Shown piece after piece: positions 1 to 9,361 of a stretch of 64,000 nt of DNA (position 1 is its first letter; every line of letters starts with the position of its first letter). Position numbers and translations under genes: made by a program. The notes below the pieces were generated by a model that did not search any database, was not told the origin of the DNA, and saw only the letters and a list, made by a program, of their open reading frames with translations. Location of the stretch: the sequence record OP870144.1. One strand, written 5' to 3'. Source of the DNA: Escherichia phage vB_Eco_F25.

Positions 1-162
1 TTTTCCTTATTAGGCCGCAAGGGCCTTCATAGTTTTAGCGATTTGGGAAACTTCATCATCACTTAAAGAGTTGCGATAACCGATGAAGTCGGAAACAATA
101 CGGAATTTCTTGGTAAACTCAGCAACCATTTTATCACTATTTTTTGAAGCATTACGTGATAA
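1..162 (-). repeat. Direct repeat copy A: duplicated 3' end of rIIA (identical to 319-480)
   Basis: 162/162 nt identical to 319-480; minus strand encodes the rIIA C-terminus (...[33 protein letters not shown]) plus TAA TAA; left boundary may extend beyond the window. Confidence 0.9.
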
Positions 163-316
163 GTTTAGCTTCTTCAGCATTTTTCAAAACACGACGAATT
201 GTGTCAACCGATACACCTTGCCAATCAGCCAATTCCTGTTGGGTGTAATTACCACTTGAATACAATTTAACAATTTCAGCTTGTTCGTTTTTGGTCAGGC
301 ATTTAATATTGTACAT
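152..316 (-). pseudogene. rIIB: rIIB 5' fragment (start codon + first ~51 codons), truncated at the duplication junction
   Basis: ATG at 314-316 preceded by GGAAAATT; translation [51 protein letters not shown] matches the T4 rIIB N-terminus, then runs out of frame into repeat copy A and stops at 152-154. Confidence 0.6.
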
Positions 317-318
317 AA

Positions 319-480
319 TTTTCCTTATTAGGCCGCAAGGGCCTTCATAGTTTTAGCGATTTGGGAAACTTCATCATCACTTAAAGAGTTGCGATAACCG
401 ATGAAGTCGGAAACAATACGGAATTTCTTGGTAAACTCAGCAACCATTTTATCACTATTTTTTGAAGCATTACGTGATAA
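319..480 (-). repeat. Direct repeat copy B (3' end of intact rIIA)
   Basis: Exact copy of 1-162. Confidence 0.9.
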
Positions 481-2505
481 TTCATCAAAGAGATTAGTTA
501 CCGTCCAGATGTCATGACCGATGGTATCTTTTCCACCATTAAAATATACACCGCGTAATGAACTAACCATATTACCAAGTCGTGTATATTCTTCAGAAAC
601 TTCATCTGTACTAAAGTACTTCATCATAAAATCTAGTTCAGGATACTTGATAATTTTATCAATATATCGTTGAGCTGAACTTGAATAACCTACATACTTA
701 TCATAATCTACATCATCAAAAGCATCTATATATAAATCACGCAAAGCTTCAAAAATACATTGGCACTGACCGAGTTCTTTTACCTTTTTCTGTAAAAGCG
801 GACGAATAACATAAAATTCATTAATGCCAATAAGATTAGCCATACGAATCAAAATATTCGTAGATGGATGACAAAGCGATGTAGTACCATCCATAGAGAA
901 AATATCAGAACGATGCATGTATGCTACATAACCAGTAATTTCATCTGCTTCTGATGTGAGCGTAAACAATTCCTCTTTTTCCCAGCGACCGTCTTTAATT
1001 TCAAACTTAAATGCAGTGGCAGCTTTAGGGCGAGGAGCTGTACTTTTTACTGCCTTTGGAATATAACTTTTAACTAAAGCTTCAATTTCTGATAAATAAT
1101 GAATGTTAACTTCATCACTTTCAAACATTGCCATAATATCAGGAAGCAAATCAATCTGTGATTCTACTTCCGGATTAATAAACAGAAGACGCTCATTGTG
1201 ATGAATATTTAAGGTGTTATTAAATTCGCTATCATCTAATGCACGCGCTAATCCACGGACAATATTAACACGATTTTTAATATTATCAATAACAATATTA
1301 ATTTTTGTCGTATTAATACCAAACAGACGATAACTTGATGCAACGGCTGAAGTTTCATGACTTTGTTTAATGCGTTTCAGTCGAGGGTCAAGATTTACTT
1401 CATACACAACCCCTGCATTGCATAACTTACTGTCAGGTTCAAACATGCTCTGCATCTTCTTATATGACAGATTTTTAGTCGTGAATTTGACCGAATTACT
1501 AATCATATAATCTCGAGCAGAATATCCCATCTTCATCAATTCACGGTATGTATGACGAGGAGATGTAGATTCTTTAAATCGTTTTACATCTTCATTAAAT
1601 GCCTTCTCACTGAGCTCTTTAACACGCTCAATAATATTTTTACGAGTACGATCATCTAGTGAAAGAGCCTCACGCGATGGAGCAATATCAAGTGAACCCA
1701 TTGGAAACTTAATATAATTCACTTCATTGCGAATGCTTAACCAGTTACGGTCTCTAATAACGCCATCAATAGGATAAACAATACCACCATAGATAGCATA
1801 TAATCCACCACGATCTGGCCAGTATCTTTCTGGATTTACGCCGTAATAGTCATCAAAATCCGGAAAATAATCAATTTCGCGGTCAAGACCATTAATGATA
1901 GCCAAATCTTTGAATGGTCGCATGATATAAGAAACTTCATAAGCAAAGTTTCTAAAGTCTTTTTCTTCAACTGGAACTACGATTTCAATACCAGTTTTAT
2001 CGTTTGGACCCATTTCTTTTACGAATGTAGGTTTAATCTGCGGACCGTCACCATCCATATAAGCTACATAACCACGAATTTCGCCTTTATGATATGAAGT
2101 AATACTAAATGTATCAGTATAACTAAACGGAGATTTAGAACCTAAACCAAATCCACCAATGAAATCGTTAGATTCAGCCTTAGATGAACTAAAGTATGAA
2201 TTATACAACCCAGGAGAATTATCATCACCCTGAATATCAAAATCGCTCATACCTGGACCAAAATCTCGGCAAACAAATCGCGGATCTAATCGTCCTGGAA
2301 CTTGAATGATAAATTTTTCAGGATTTCCATTAAGAGCATGGGCATCAATCATGTTGGTAATCAATTCACGAACCACTGCGCGAATCTTGTTTGTATACAA
2401 ATCAGATGACAGAATTTTAAATACTTTAGGAGACGCTGTGATGCTAAATGCTTTTGATTTAGAACCATTACCAAGAATAGTTTCTTTTTCAGTGGTGATA
2501 ATCAT
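328..2505 (-). CDS. rIIA: rIIA membrane-associated protein (GHKL/Bergerat-type ATPase domain)
   Basis: 725 aa; N-terminus [16 protein letters not shown] and [12 protein letters not shown]-binding motif; same length as T4 rIIA; tandem TAA TAA stops. Confidence 0.93.
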   Translation of the reverse strand: MIITTEKETILGNGSKSKAFSITASPKVFKILSSDLYTNKIRAVVRELITNMIDAHALNGNPEKFIIQVPGRLDPRFVCRDFGPGMSDFDIQGDDNSPGLYNSYFSSSKAESNDFIGGFGLGSKSPFSYTDTFSITSYHKGEIRGYVAYMDGDGPQIKPTFVKEMGPNDKTGIEIVVPVEEKDFRNFAYEVSYIMRPFKDLAIINGLDREIDYFPDFDDYYGVNPERYWPDRGGLYAIYGGIVYPIDGVIRDRNWLSIRNEVNYIKFPMGSLDIAPSREALSLDDRTRKNIIERVKELSEKAFNEDVKRFKESTSPRHTYRELMKMGYSARDYMISNSVKFTTKNLSYKKMQSMFEPDSKLCNAGVVYEVNLDPRLKRIKQSHETSAVASSYRLFGINTTKINIVIDNIKNRVNIVRGLARALDDSEFNNTLNIHHNERLLFINPEVESQIDLLPDIMAMFESDEVNIHYLSEIEALVKSYIPKAVKSTAPRPKAATAFKFEIKDGRWEKEELFTLTSEADEITGYVAYMHRSDIFSMDGTTSLCHPSTNILIRMANLIGINEFYVIRPLLQKKVKELGQCQCIFEALRDLYIDAFDDVDYDKYVGYSSSAQRYIDKIIKYPELDFMMKYFSTDEVSEEYTRLGNMVSSLRGVYFNGGKDTIGHDIWTVTNLFDELSRNASKNSDKMVAEFTKKFRIVSDFIGYRNSLSDDEVSQIAKTMKALAA

Positions 2506-2515
2506 AATTTCCTCA

Positions 2516-2719
2516 TTAATTCATATTGCGTTTAATAACTTCAGCAACTTCTAGTAGTTCATCTTTAGTTGCGGTGTCGGATTGAATTTTATCTCTAATA
2601 TTCTTAAAGCGGTTTTTAAACTCTTCGGCTTCTCCCATATCGAAAAAGCGTTGAATGATTCTATATTCTCGATGAACTGCTTTATCAAAAAGTTCTAAAT
2701 TTACTTTATATGATTTCAT
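2516..2719 (-). CDS. rIIA.1: rIIA.1-like small protein
   Basis: 67-aa ORF between rIIA and gene 39, ATG start, conserved position. Confidence 0.55.
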   Translation of the reverse strand: MKSYKVNLELFDKAVHREYRIIQRFFDMGEAEEFKNRFKNIRDKIQSDTATKDELLEVAEVIKRNMN

Positions 2720-2744
2720 TTCAATATCCTCATTTGCCCAATTA

Positions 2745-2774
2745 ATTATACCACATCCTTGTGGTAAAGTAAAC
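2745..2774 (-). promoter_or_regulatory. T4-type early promoter (-35 GTTTAC, 18-nt spacer, -10 TATAAT)
   Basis: Minus strand GTTTAC(2774-2769)...TATAAT(2750-2745); overlaps the gene 39 stop; drives rIIA.1/rIIA. Confidence 0.6.
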
Positions 2775-4591
2775 TACTGGCTCATCCATTCTTTACGAAG
2801 GTCAGCATTATCTCCCATGAGCATTTCAAAAAGCTCTTTCCAATTCTCAGGAAGTTTAACAACATCATAAACTGGGTTTTGAATCATCTCACGATATTCA
2901 GATTTTTCCAAAGAGCCAAGTCCTTTAATATAACGGATGCTATGTTTAGGTAGAGCATCTTTGGCACTCTCATATTCAGCGACTGTATAAAACCATTCTT
3001 GTTTTTTACCGACCTGAGCGATGATTACAGGAGTTTTGACAAAGCGAATTCTTCCTTGTTCAAACAATTCTGGCCAATTACTAAAAAATCCGAGCAGAGA
3101 AGGATAAATGCTTCCTAGACCATCGTGGTCAGCATCAGTCATAATTGCAATATTATGATAATTCAAGTTTTCAGCTTTTTCACCAAGAACCAATCCAGTG
3201 ATTGCGCAAATATCAAACAGTTCTTTGTTTTTAAGCATATCAGCATATGACATACCCCAACTGTTGAGAACTTTACCACGCAATGGATAACCACCATGAA
3301 GTTCTTTATCACGAACATCAATAAGATATCCGATAGCAGAATCACCCTCAGTCAAGAAAAGAGTAGTATCAGCATCTTTACCACAAAGATTCGCTTTAAT
3401 ATGTTTATGAACCTTGGCTTTAGAAGCCTTTTTAGCTGCTTTAGTTTCAGCTGCTTTTTCTGCTGCCAATTTACGAGCCAAGGCAGCTTCAATAATTGGC
3501 ATTAAAATTGCTTCATTATTTAAAATAGCACGTGAAATCTTTTTAGCATCAAGCTGAATATGACTACGGATTTCACCAAATGGAGAAGTCAGACGCTCTT
3601 TAGTCTGAGAATCAAATCGCATGTTTTTCATATCACGAACAAACATAACGATAGTCAAACATTCTTTAACACGTGCTTTAGTTACATCAATTTTGAATTT
3701 ACGTTTGATTTGTGGAATAAGGTCTTCACAAATATCATCCATAACACAATCAATATGATGGCCACCATTCTTGGTATGAATGTTATTGACGTATGTTAAT
3801 TGACGAAAACCATCCGGTGAACGACCAACCGCAATAGAACAATTTTCTTGTTCTTGAACGATAGCATGTTCATCATATTGACGTGCATATTTCTTAAAAT
3901 TACCCTGAACCTTTTTACCATTAAAGGTAAATTGAATATCAGGATAAACTACCGCAAGTGTCTGGAGACGATCCAGCGTAATGTCAAGATAAACTTGAGA
4001 TAACTCATTAGTTTCAAATGACATAAAATCGGGAATGAAAGTAACGCGAGTTCCTTTCCATTTTCCAGGAATATCTTCCCATGATTTATTTTCCATGCCG
4101 TTTGAACAACGAACTACAATATTATTTTGACCGTCGCCAGTTTCACCGACAAACATCACAGAAAAAATGTTAGTTAAACTAGAACCAACACCATTCATAC
4201 CGCCAGTGACGCGTTCTTTATCATCACCAAAGTTACCGCCTGCTTTTGGAATAGTCCATGCAGCAACTGGGCCAGGAATTTCTTCACCGGTAGGTGTTTT
4301 AACCATCGCTTGTGGAATACCACGACCGTTATCTTCAACTGTTACTTGATTGTTTTTGATAGTAACATTAATTTTATTTGCGAATTTAAACTTAGTACGA
4401 ATACCTTCATCTACTGAGTTATCGATAATTTCATCAATAAGCTTAACAAGACCAGGTACATACTGAACACTTTCCCATTTACCAAACAGAAAGCGCTCAT
4501 GCATTTCATTAGCAGAAGAGCCAATATACATGCCGCTACGCTTTTTGATATGTTCAATATCGCTCAGAATTTTAATTTCATTCTTAATCAT
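2774..4591 (-). CDS. 39: DNA topoisomerase II large subunit, single 605-aa form (T4 gp39 plus gp60 equivalent)
   Basis: ATG at 4589-4591 (ORF-track start is GTG one codon upstream); MIKNEIKILSDIEHIKKRSGMYIGS GyrB-like ATPase N-terminus; no gene 60 split or mobA insertion. Confidence 0.9.
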   Translation of the reverse strand: MIKNEIKILSDIEHIKKRSGMYIGSSANEMHERFLFGKWESVQYVPGLVKLIDEIIDNSVDEGIRTKFKFANKINVTIKNNQVTVEDNGRGIPQAMVKTPTGEEIPGPVAAWTIPKAGGNFGDDKERVTGGMNGVGSSLTNIFSVMFVGETGDGQNNIVVRCSNGMENKSWEDIPGKWKGTRVTFIPDFMSFETNELSQVYLDITLDRLQTLAVVYPDIQFTFNGKKVQGNFKKYARQYDEHAIVQEQENCSIAVGRSPDGFRQLTYVNNIHTKNGGHHIDCVMDDICEDLIPQIKRKFKIDVTKARVKECLTIVMFVRDMKNMRFDSQTKERLTSPFGEIRSHIQLDAKKISRAILNNEAILMPIIEAALARKLAAEKAAETKAAKKASKAKVHKHIKANLCGKDADTTLFLTEGDSAIGYLIDVRDKELHGGYPLRGKVLNSWGMSYADMLKNKELFDICAITGLVLGEKAENLNYHNIAIMTDADHDGLGSIYPSLLGFFSNWPELFEQGRIRFVKTPVIIAQVGKKQEWFYTVAEYESAKDALPKHSIRYIKGLGSLEKSEYREMIQNPVYDVVKLPENWKELFEMLMGDNADLRKEWMSQ

Positions 4592-4643
4592 CACTTATCC
4601 TCGTTTGGTTTCGGGAATATTATACTCCAGTAATCATAAAGCT

Positions 4644-4661
4644 AAAGGCCCGAAGGCCTTT
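4644..4661 (-). terminator. UUCG-tetraloop hairpin (AAAGGCC-UUCG-GGCCUUU) downstream of lipoprotein gene
   Basis: Inverted repeat aaaggcc cgaa ggccttt read on the minus strand. Confidence 0.5.
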
Positions 4662-4921
4662 TATTTAAAACGAATAGTCGAATCCTTGAAGAAAAGACCA
4701 GAACATACTGTTCCTTCTACTTTCTGCCCGGTAGGTCCAATAGCACGAAATCCAGTATGCTGGAAATCATTTTCAGAGCAACCGAACCAATTATATCCAG
4801 TGATTTCAATATTAGTAAAACCACTTGAAGACAAAACTTTGGTTGCATTATCAGCATCAGTACATCCTACTAAAGATACTGCTAATACTAATGCTGCGAT
4901 AGAACGATTAACATATTTCAT
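4661..4921 (-). CDS. Putative lipoprotein
   Basis: ATG at 4919-4921; signal peptide with lipobox MKYVNRSIAALVLAVSLVGC. Confidence 0.6.
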   Translation of the reverse strand: MKYVNRSIAALVLAVSLVGCTDADNATKVLSSSGFTNIEITGYNWFGCSENDFQHTGFRAIGPTGQKVEGTVCSGLFFKDSTIRFK

Positions 4922-4925
4922 AATT

Positions 4926-5297
4926 TCACTCAAATTTAATGGCTTGAAGGAGACTAATAATTCTCAAGCGACTTCTTTCATCTTTAACTGTAAAAGAAAG
5001 AGGGTCACCAGATTTCATAGTGATAGTGCATTCAAAATCAAAATCTTCTGTAACTTCTTCGAAGAAGTCAAATTCTTCATCATAAATTAGAACATTACTC
5101 TGAAAACTATGAAGAATTTTTCCATCATTTCCAGATGCTGTACTAATCATTGTAACATTATGGCCTTTCATATCTTCAACGATAAATTCGCTTGTAGATA
5201 TTACAGTATTAATAGAACTATTCCTATAAATAGAAGAAAGTAGATATTTCTTTTCTTCACCTTCGCGAACACGATATTTCTTACCGATTTTAAACAT
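4926..5297 (-). CDS. Hypothetical protein
   Basis: ORF with ATG at 5295-5297 (track start at 5303 is GTG). Confidence 0.45.
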   Translation of the reverse strand: MFKIGKKYRVREGEEKKYLLSSIYRNSSINTVISTSEFIVEDMKGHNVTMISTASGNDGKILHSFQSNVLIYDEEFDFFEEVTEDFDFECTITMKSGDPLSFTVKDERSRLRIISLLQAIKFE

Positions 5298-5299
5298 AA

Positions 5300-5476
5300 T
5301 CACCCTTTAAGTAAGTCGTAAAATCCACCATTCACATGCTTAGGAGCAGAAGGCCGACGAGTAGACAAACGATGACATTTAGGGCAAACATCATTTTCTC
5401 GTTCAGAAATCTTTTTAATTTTTTCATATTCATGCCCACAATCTTCGGATTGGCATTTATAATCATACATTGGCAT
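5300..5476 (-). CDS. FmdB-family zinc-ribbon protein (58 aa), below the ORF-track size cut-off
   Basis: Translated by hand: MPMYDYKCQSEDCGHEYEKIKKISERENDVCPKCHRLSTRRPSAPKHVNGGFYDLLKG; CxxC...CxxC zinc ribbon. Confidence 0.6.
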   Translation of the reverse strand: MPMYDYKCQSEDCGHEYEKIKKISERENDVCPKCHRLSTRRPSAPKHVNGGFYDLLKG

Positions 5477-5478
5477 AA

Positions 5479-5898
5479 TTATTCCTTAAAATGTGCTTTC
5501 AACATCTGATACAAAGACCATGCATGTTCATTATTTTCAATAGTAACTTTCATTACCGGGAATTCTGTGAAATCTTCTATTTGTTCTTGCTCTTCCTGCT
5601 CTTGTTCTTCAGCAGCCTGATATGGATTTTCAACTTCATCAAAGAACCCAGCTTCACTTTTTGAAAGCCAAATAAAGTCTTCATCCAAAACATCTTTATC
5701 AGGAGATAGTACTAAATTTCCAGTAGATGACAAAATTTTAATAGGACGCCCAAGAGCGTCCACATCTAAAATTTTAAAAGGATACATACCTAAACGGCGC
5801 GCATAAATTCCGTTATTAATATGGTCTTTAATGAAATTTTCTTGAGCTTGTTTATTTTTAAATTGATACCATTTATTAACTTCAAATCTAATAGCCAT
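5479..5898 (-). CDS. Hypothetical protein with acidic [10 protein letters not shown] tract
   Basis: 139-aa ORF, ATG start, tightly packed. Confidence 0.5.
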   Translation of the reverse strand: MAIRFEVNKWYQFKNKQAQENFIKDHINNGIYARRLGMYPFKILDVDALGRPIKILSSTGNLVLSPDKDVLDEDFIWLSKSEAGFFDEVENPYQAAEEQEQEEQEQIEDFTEFPVMKVTIENNEHAWSLYQMLKAHFKE

Positions 5899-6113
5899 TA
5901 ATAAATTTCCTTCCAGTAAGTTGTGCCATCTTCAGTAATTTCACGAAATACACCGTAAATTGGTTGTTTATCACCAACCTTTTCATACACATAAACCGAA
6001 GTCAAGTGGGTAAACTTAATGGTGTGTTCCTTTTGAACTACTACCAAATCTGGATCGAATAATACATCTTCAAATTCGTCATTAGTGCAGTTCTGAACAA
6101 TTTTACGTTTCAT
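5898..6113 (-). CDS. Hypothetical protein
   Basis: 71-aa ORF, ATG start overlapping upstream stop. Confidence 0.45.
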   Translation of the reverse strand: MKRKIVQNCTNDEFEDVLFDPDLVVVQKEHTIKFTHLTSVYVYEKVGDKQPIYGVFREITEDGTTYWKEIY

Positions 6114-6126
6114 TACAATTTCCTCA

Positions 6127-6396
6127 TTAATTGAACAGTGGAGCGATGCGTTTCAGAAGAGTAGCAGCACCTTTGGCAAATTTTACATCATGAAAAACAG
6201 TTTCTTCTTCCGTTACAACACGAACTTTAATGTTTTCACAATCCCAATTTTTACGAACAATCTTCAAAAGCTGCAGTAAATCTTTACATTCAGCAATATC
6301 GATAACACATCCACGAGAATCTTCCATTATCGCACGATAACCGTAAGCCATACCATAATCGTTGAAAAATTGCTCGATGATAATTAAGTTTTCCAT
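6127..6396 (-). CDS. Hypothetical protein
   Basis: ATG at 6394-6396 with GGAG Shine-Dalgarno (track start is TTG). Confidence 0.5.
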   Translation of the reverse strand: MENLIIIEQFFNDYGMAYGYRAIMEDSRGCVIDIAECKDLLQLLKIVRKNWDCENIKVRVVTEEETVFHDVKFAKGAATLLKRIAPLFN

Positions 6397-6493
6397 TTTA
6401 TTCTCCAAGTTGTTTTCTGTATCAGTAGTTGATATTGATATAGTACCATAATCAACTACTGATGTATATAGTTTTATGAAAAAATTTTAAACT

Positions 6494-6991
6494 TTATGCA
6501 CAGCGAGCTTTGCTATAGTGTTTAATCCAGCTTTCAGGAATGACTTTGTATGTTCCTAAAAATACCGCGTTGTACAACTTAACGCCATCTTCTACCCATT
6601 GATCGGTAATGTATGCACACATAGCACGAGTACGATGTTTTTGAACAACCCCTTCCTCATCTTCGGTAAATTCGAATTCATAAGGAGCAATGAACTTAAT
6701 AGCCTGACCGAGTTTCCACTTAAAGTCTACACCTACATGCGAAGTATCAATCGTTTCAATTCCTTTAGCAGGAACAGCTTTCAAAAACGCAGATTCAAGA
6801 AATTTCGCACGAACATAGCCAAACTGAGGTTTAGACTTTCCATCTTTAGGAATGATACGCACTTTTACTTCAGAATCTTCATCTTTAACACCGTGTTTAA
6901 GCTGAATGCTTACAATTTCAACCAATTTTCCTGCTGCTTTAGAACGGGATTTATCAGATACACGAGCAATTTCACCAATATTAATAATCAT
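6494..6991 (-). CDS. motB: MotB-like protein
   Basis: 165 aa in the T4 motB position (T4 MotB is about 162 aa); C-terminal ITDQWVEDGVKLYNAVF motif shared with the next gene. Confidence 0.5.
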   Translation of the reverse strand: MIINIGEIARVSDKSRSKAAGKLVEIVSIQLKHGVKDEDSEVKVRIIPKDGKSKPQFGYVRAKFLESAFLKAVPAKGIETIDTSHVGVDFKWKLGQAIKFIAPYEFEFTEDEEGVVQKHRTRAMCAYITDQWVEDGVKLYNAVFLGTYKVIPESWIKHYSKARCA

Positions 6992-7035
6992 AGTTATCTC
7001 TCACTTGTTAAAAAGATTTTATACTCCGCGGGACC

Positions 7036-7065
7036 ATTATACTCTGGTCCCAAGAGTTTGTAAAC
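7036..7065 (-). promoter_or_regulatory. T4-type early promoter
   Basis: GTTTAC(7065-7060), 18-nt spacer, TATAAT(7041-7036) on the minus strand. Confidence 0.55.
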
Positions 7066-7067
7066 TA

Positions 7068-7610
7068 TTAATTTAAAATAGCTACCACCGCACTACGAGG
7101 TACTACACTAAAATCACCTGCATGAACAACGTTCAGAAGTTCAACACCATCTTCAATCCACTGGTCTGTTACCCAACCACAGACCGAAATAAATGGAGTC
7201 TTGATAGCTACCGCACGAGTTAGAAGGTCGGTAGGGTCTTGTTCTTCAACTTCTTGGAACAGGATGAACTCTGCTTCATAAACCAGGATTTTCTCTATTT
7301 TGTTATTGTCTAAACGACGACCGTGGACAATATAAGATTTAGTAAACCATTTACTTTTTTCAAAGTCTTCAACGGTAAATTCGCCTTCGCCAAAAACATC
7401 AGTCAAAGTTTTATGGCCGGAAATCAAGGCATTAGTTTTAATTTCAGGTTCAACCAGTTTGTAGGTTTTGCCGATTTCAATAGCAGTAGTCATAGTAGGT
7501 TCCTTAATTTCCAGTGGTTCAACAGGGCATACATAAGTGCTTACAACATCAAAATCAATCAGTTTAGCTACCGGATTTGGTGTGTATTCAGGATTATAAT
7601 TAAATTTCAT
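7068..7610 (-). CDS. MotB-like paralog
   Basis: 180 aa; C-terminal VTDQWIEDGVELLNVVHAGDFSVVP resembles the C-terminus of the 6494-6991 product. Confidence 0.5.
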   Translation of the reverse strand: MKFNYNPEYTPNPVAKLIDFDVVSTYVCPVEPLEIKEPTMTTAIEIGKTYKLVEPEIKTNALISGHKTLTDVFGEGEFTVEDFEKSKWFTKSYIVHGRRLDNNKIEKILVYEAEFILFQEVEEQDPTDLLTRAVAIKTPFISVCGWVTDQWIEDGVELLNVVHAGDFSVVPRSAVVAILN

Positions 7611-7612
7611 AT

Positions 7613-8113
7613 TTATCTCATTTCAATAAAATCTACGAGTTCAGCATGCGATTTGCGGAACATTACTTGGTGCCCGCCAATGATAACTTCATCTTCAGGA
7701 ACTTCGTATACAGCGAGATAAAATCCTTTAGAAGATAATTCTTCCCGCTCTTCTCGTGTGAACCATCTCATCATATCATATTCACTAGCGAAAGCAAAAT
7801 GATAAAGAGCTATAAACCATCCTGGAATATGATATTCTACTCCAACATAATCTTTCTTGAACTTAGTATTAATTACTATATTAGCGTTTTTAACTAATAA
7901 TTTATCTTCGTGTGGTAAAGGAATTCTTTTATTATTATCGCTATGGTGCATAAAATTAGGTCTGTCATAACCTACGTGTAATAGCCACTCTTCGCTCCAT
8001 GAATCTATTATACTCCTGTACGGCGTTATTTGAACACAAAGATTTCGACGTATTGTTATAGCATCTTCATAATCAAGAATACTAAACGATGATTCAACAC
8101 GATAAATTTTCAT
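7613..8113 (-). CDS. Hypothetical protein
   Basis: ATG at 8111-8113 (MKIYRVESSF...); the track start at 8152 lies inside the promoter. Confidence 0.5.
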   Translation of the reverse strand: MKIYRVESSFSILDYEDAITIRRNLCVQITPYRSIIDSWSEEWLLHVGYDRPNFMHHSDNNKRIPLPHEDKLLVKNANIVINTKFKKDYVGVEYHIPGWFIALYHFAFASEYDMMRWFTREEREELSSKGFYLAVYEVPEDEVIIGGHQVMFRKSHAELVDFIEMR

Positions 8114-8140
8114 TTTATTATCCTCAGTAGCTATGGTGTT

Positions 8141-8170
8141 ATAATACCACAACTAACCGAGGAAGTAAAC
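8141..8170 (-). promoter_or_regulatory. T4-type early promoter (-10 TATTAT)
   Basis: GTTTAC(8170-8165), 18-nt spacer, TATTAT(8146-8141). Confidence 0.5.
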
Positions 8171-8176
8171 AACTTT

Positions 8177-8860
8177 TTATCGTTTTGTTGGAAGAGACAG
8201 AGGATCGCACTCTTCCTCTGATGGAGCATCTTCAAGACCCATAGCATATCGCAAAGCATACTTCATCATCAGGATGTCTTTCGCACAGTCATGAATAGAA
8301 TCATGTGCAACGAATCCATCTAAAGTTCCCTTTGGAAGAGGACACGTGGTCATATCACGAACAAGGAGAAGTGCTTCAATTCTAGTACGAATATCACGCT
8401 GATTCCAGAATTTACATGGTTCTAACTTAAATGTGTCAAGTTCATTCTCAGATACGCCATTAAGACGTTGAATATCGCGAATGAGATCGACTAAAATTGG
8501 AAAATCAAACGACATTCCACGGCACCAGCCTTGAGATTTCCAAGGATCGATGTTATGTGCATTGATGTAATCATTAAATTTTACAATACCATCGATAGTG
8601 CTTACATCTTCATCTGACGGTGCAATATTTTTTCGAGCTTCAGGAGACTGATTTTTCCACCATTCGATAGTGCTTTTAGTAAAAAGACGATGTCCTTTTT
8701 GGCTTTTTAAATCAAATTTGATTTTAATGCCGCGTGAAACTAATTCATCAAACGTTTCAACTACTTCTGGATTAGGGTCAAAGGCAATAACAGCCAAATC
8801 AATAACAGCTGCCTTTTCACCGCTTCCCATTGTTTCAAAATCTATAATAAAATCAAACAT
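8177..8860 (-). CDS. dexA: Exonuclease A (DnaQ-like 3'-5' exonuclease)
   Basis: 227 aa, same as T4 DexA; DFETMG exonuclease motif near the N-terminus. Confidence 0.88.
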   Translation of the reverse strand: MFDFIIDFETMGSGEKAAVIDLAVIAFDPNPEVVETFDELVSRGIKIKFDLKSQKGHRLFTKSTIEWWKNQSPEARKNIAPSDEDVSTIDGIVKFNDYINAHNIDPWKSQGWCRGMSFDFPILVDLIRDIQRLNGVSENELDTFKLEPCKFWNQRDIRTRIEALLLVRDMTTCPLPKGTLDGFVAHDSIHDCAKDILMMKYALRYAMGLEDAPSEEECDPLSLPTKR

Positions 8861-9102
8861 TAAATTTTCCTCGCTAAATCACGAATTTGACCTACAGTAT
8901 AATCTTGGATATAAACTTTATTAATGGGCTCATCAATAAATTTTGCCATAGATTCAATATCTTTTTGTATCTCTTCAAGACTGTATACTATCTTTGAAGC
9001 TTTTTCGCGAATAGTAACATTATCCGGTCCTGGATTTTCCTCAATGACAGCTTTAACATTTGCCATAAGAGATTTAAACTGGTGTAAACTTAATTCAATC
9101 AT
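8860..9102 (-). CDS. Hypothetical protein (dexA.1 position)
   Basis: ORF with ATG at 9100-9102 (track start at 9135 is GTG). Confidence 0.4.
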   Translation of the reverse strand: MIELSLHQFKSLMANVKAVIEENPGPDNVTIREKASKIVYSLEEIQKDIESMAKFIDEPINKVYIQDYTVGQIRDLARKI

Positions 9103-9355
9103 TAATAACCGCCTTATAAAGATGGCTAATTTCACCTAAAATGTAATCACTGATTGTAACAGTTTTCACTTCACCACAAAAGAATTCTAACGCAGTCAAA
9201 TCTCGTTCAATTTCTTCTAGTTGAAGCATTAACTTTCCTGATTCAATTTTTACATTTCTGCGATTTTTACTATAAGCTATTTCATATATTTCGCTCACTT
9301 TATCTTGAAGTAGATAAAACTGGTCTTTAGTTATTTCCACGAATATCTTCCTCAA
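9095..9355 (-). CDS. Hypothetical protein (start uncertain)
   Basis: 86-aa ORF; TTG at 9355 or GTG at 9340 with upstream GAGGA. Confidence 0.4.
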   Translation of the reverse strand: MRKIFVEITKDQFYLLQDKVSEIYEIAYSKNRRNVKIESGKLMLQLEEIERDLTALEFFCGEVKTVTISDYILGEISHLYKAVIND

Positions 9356-9361
9356 ATTTAA

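Noticed and set aside
1-162. The 162-bp repeat as an ordinary terminal-redundancy or circularisation overlap
   Set aside because: The repeat creates an internal rIIA-to-rIIB junction at 162|163, which simple end overlap of a circular assembly cannot produce; it is reported as a duplication or chimeric junction instead.
2306-2554. Plus-strand ORFs from the six-frame track that lie inside minus-strand genes (e.g. 2306-2554, 3296-3505, 4530-5090, 6599-7063, 7323-7721, 25732-26076, 29689-30105, 32101-32484, 52922-53263, 61012-61605)
   Set aside because: Each is antisense to a well-supported minus-strand gene, lacks a convincing Shine-Dalgarno, and has low-complexity AT-rich composition; most likely chance ORFs.
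4606-4652. Possible promoter attatactcc...gtaatc upstream of gene 39
   Set aside because: The -35 position has GATTAC/taaagg rather than GTTTAC at correct spacing; only the terminator hairpin at 4644-4661 is reported.
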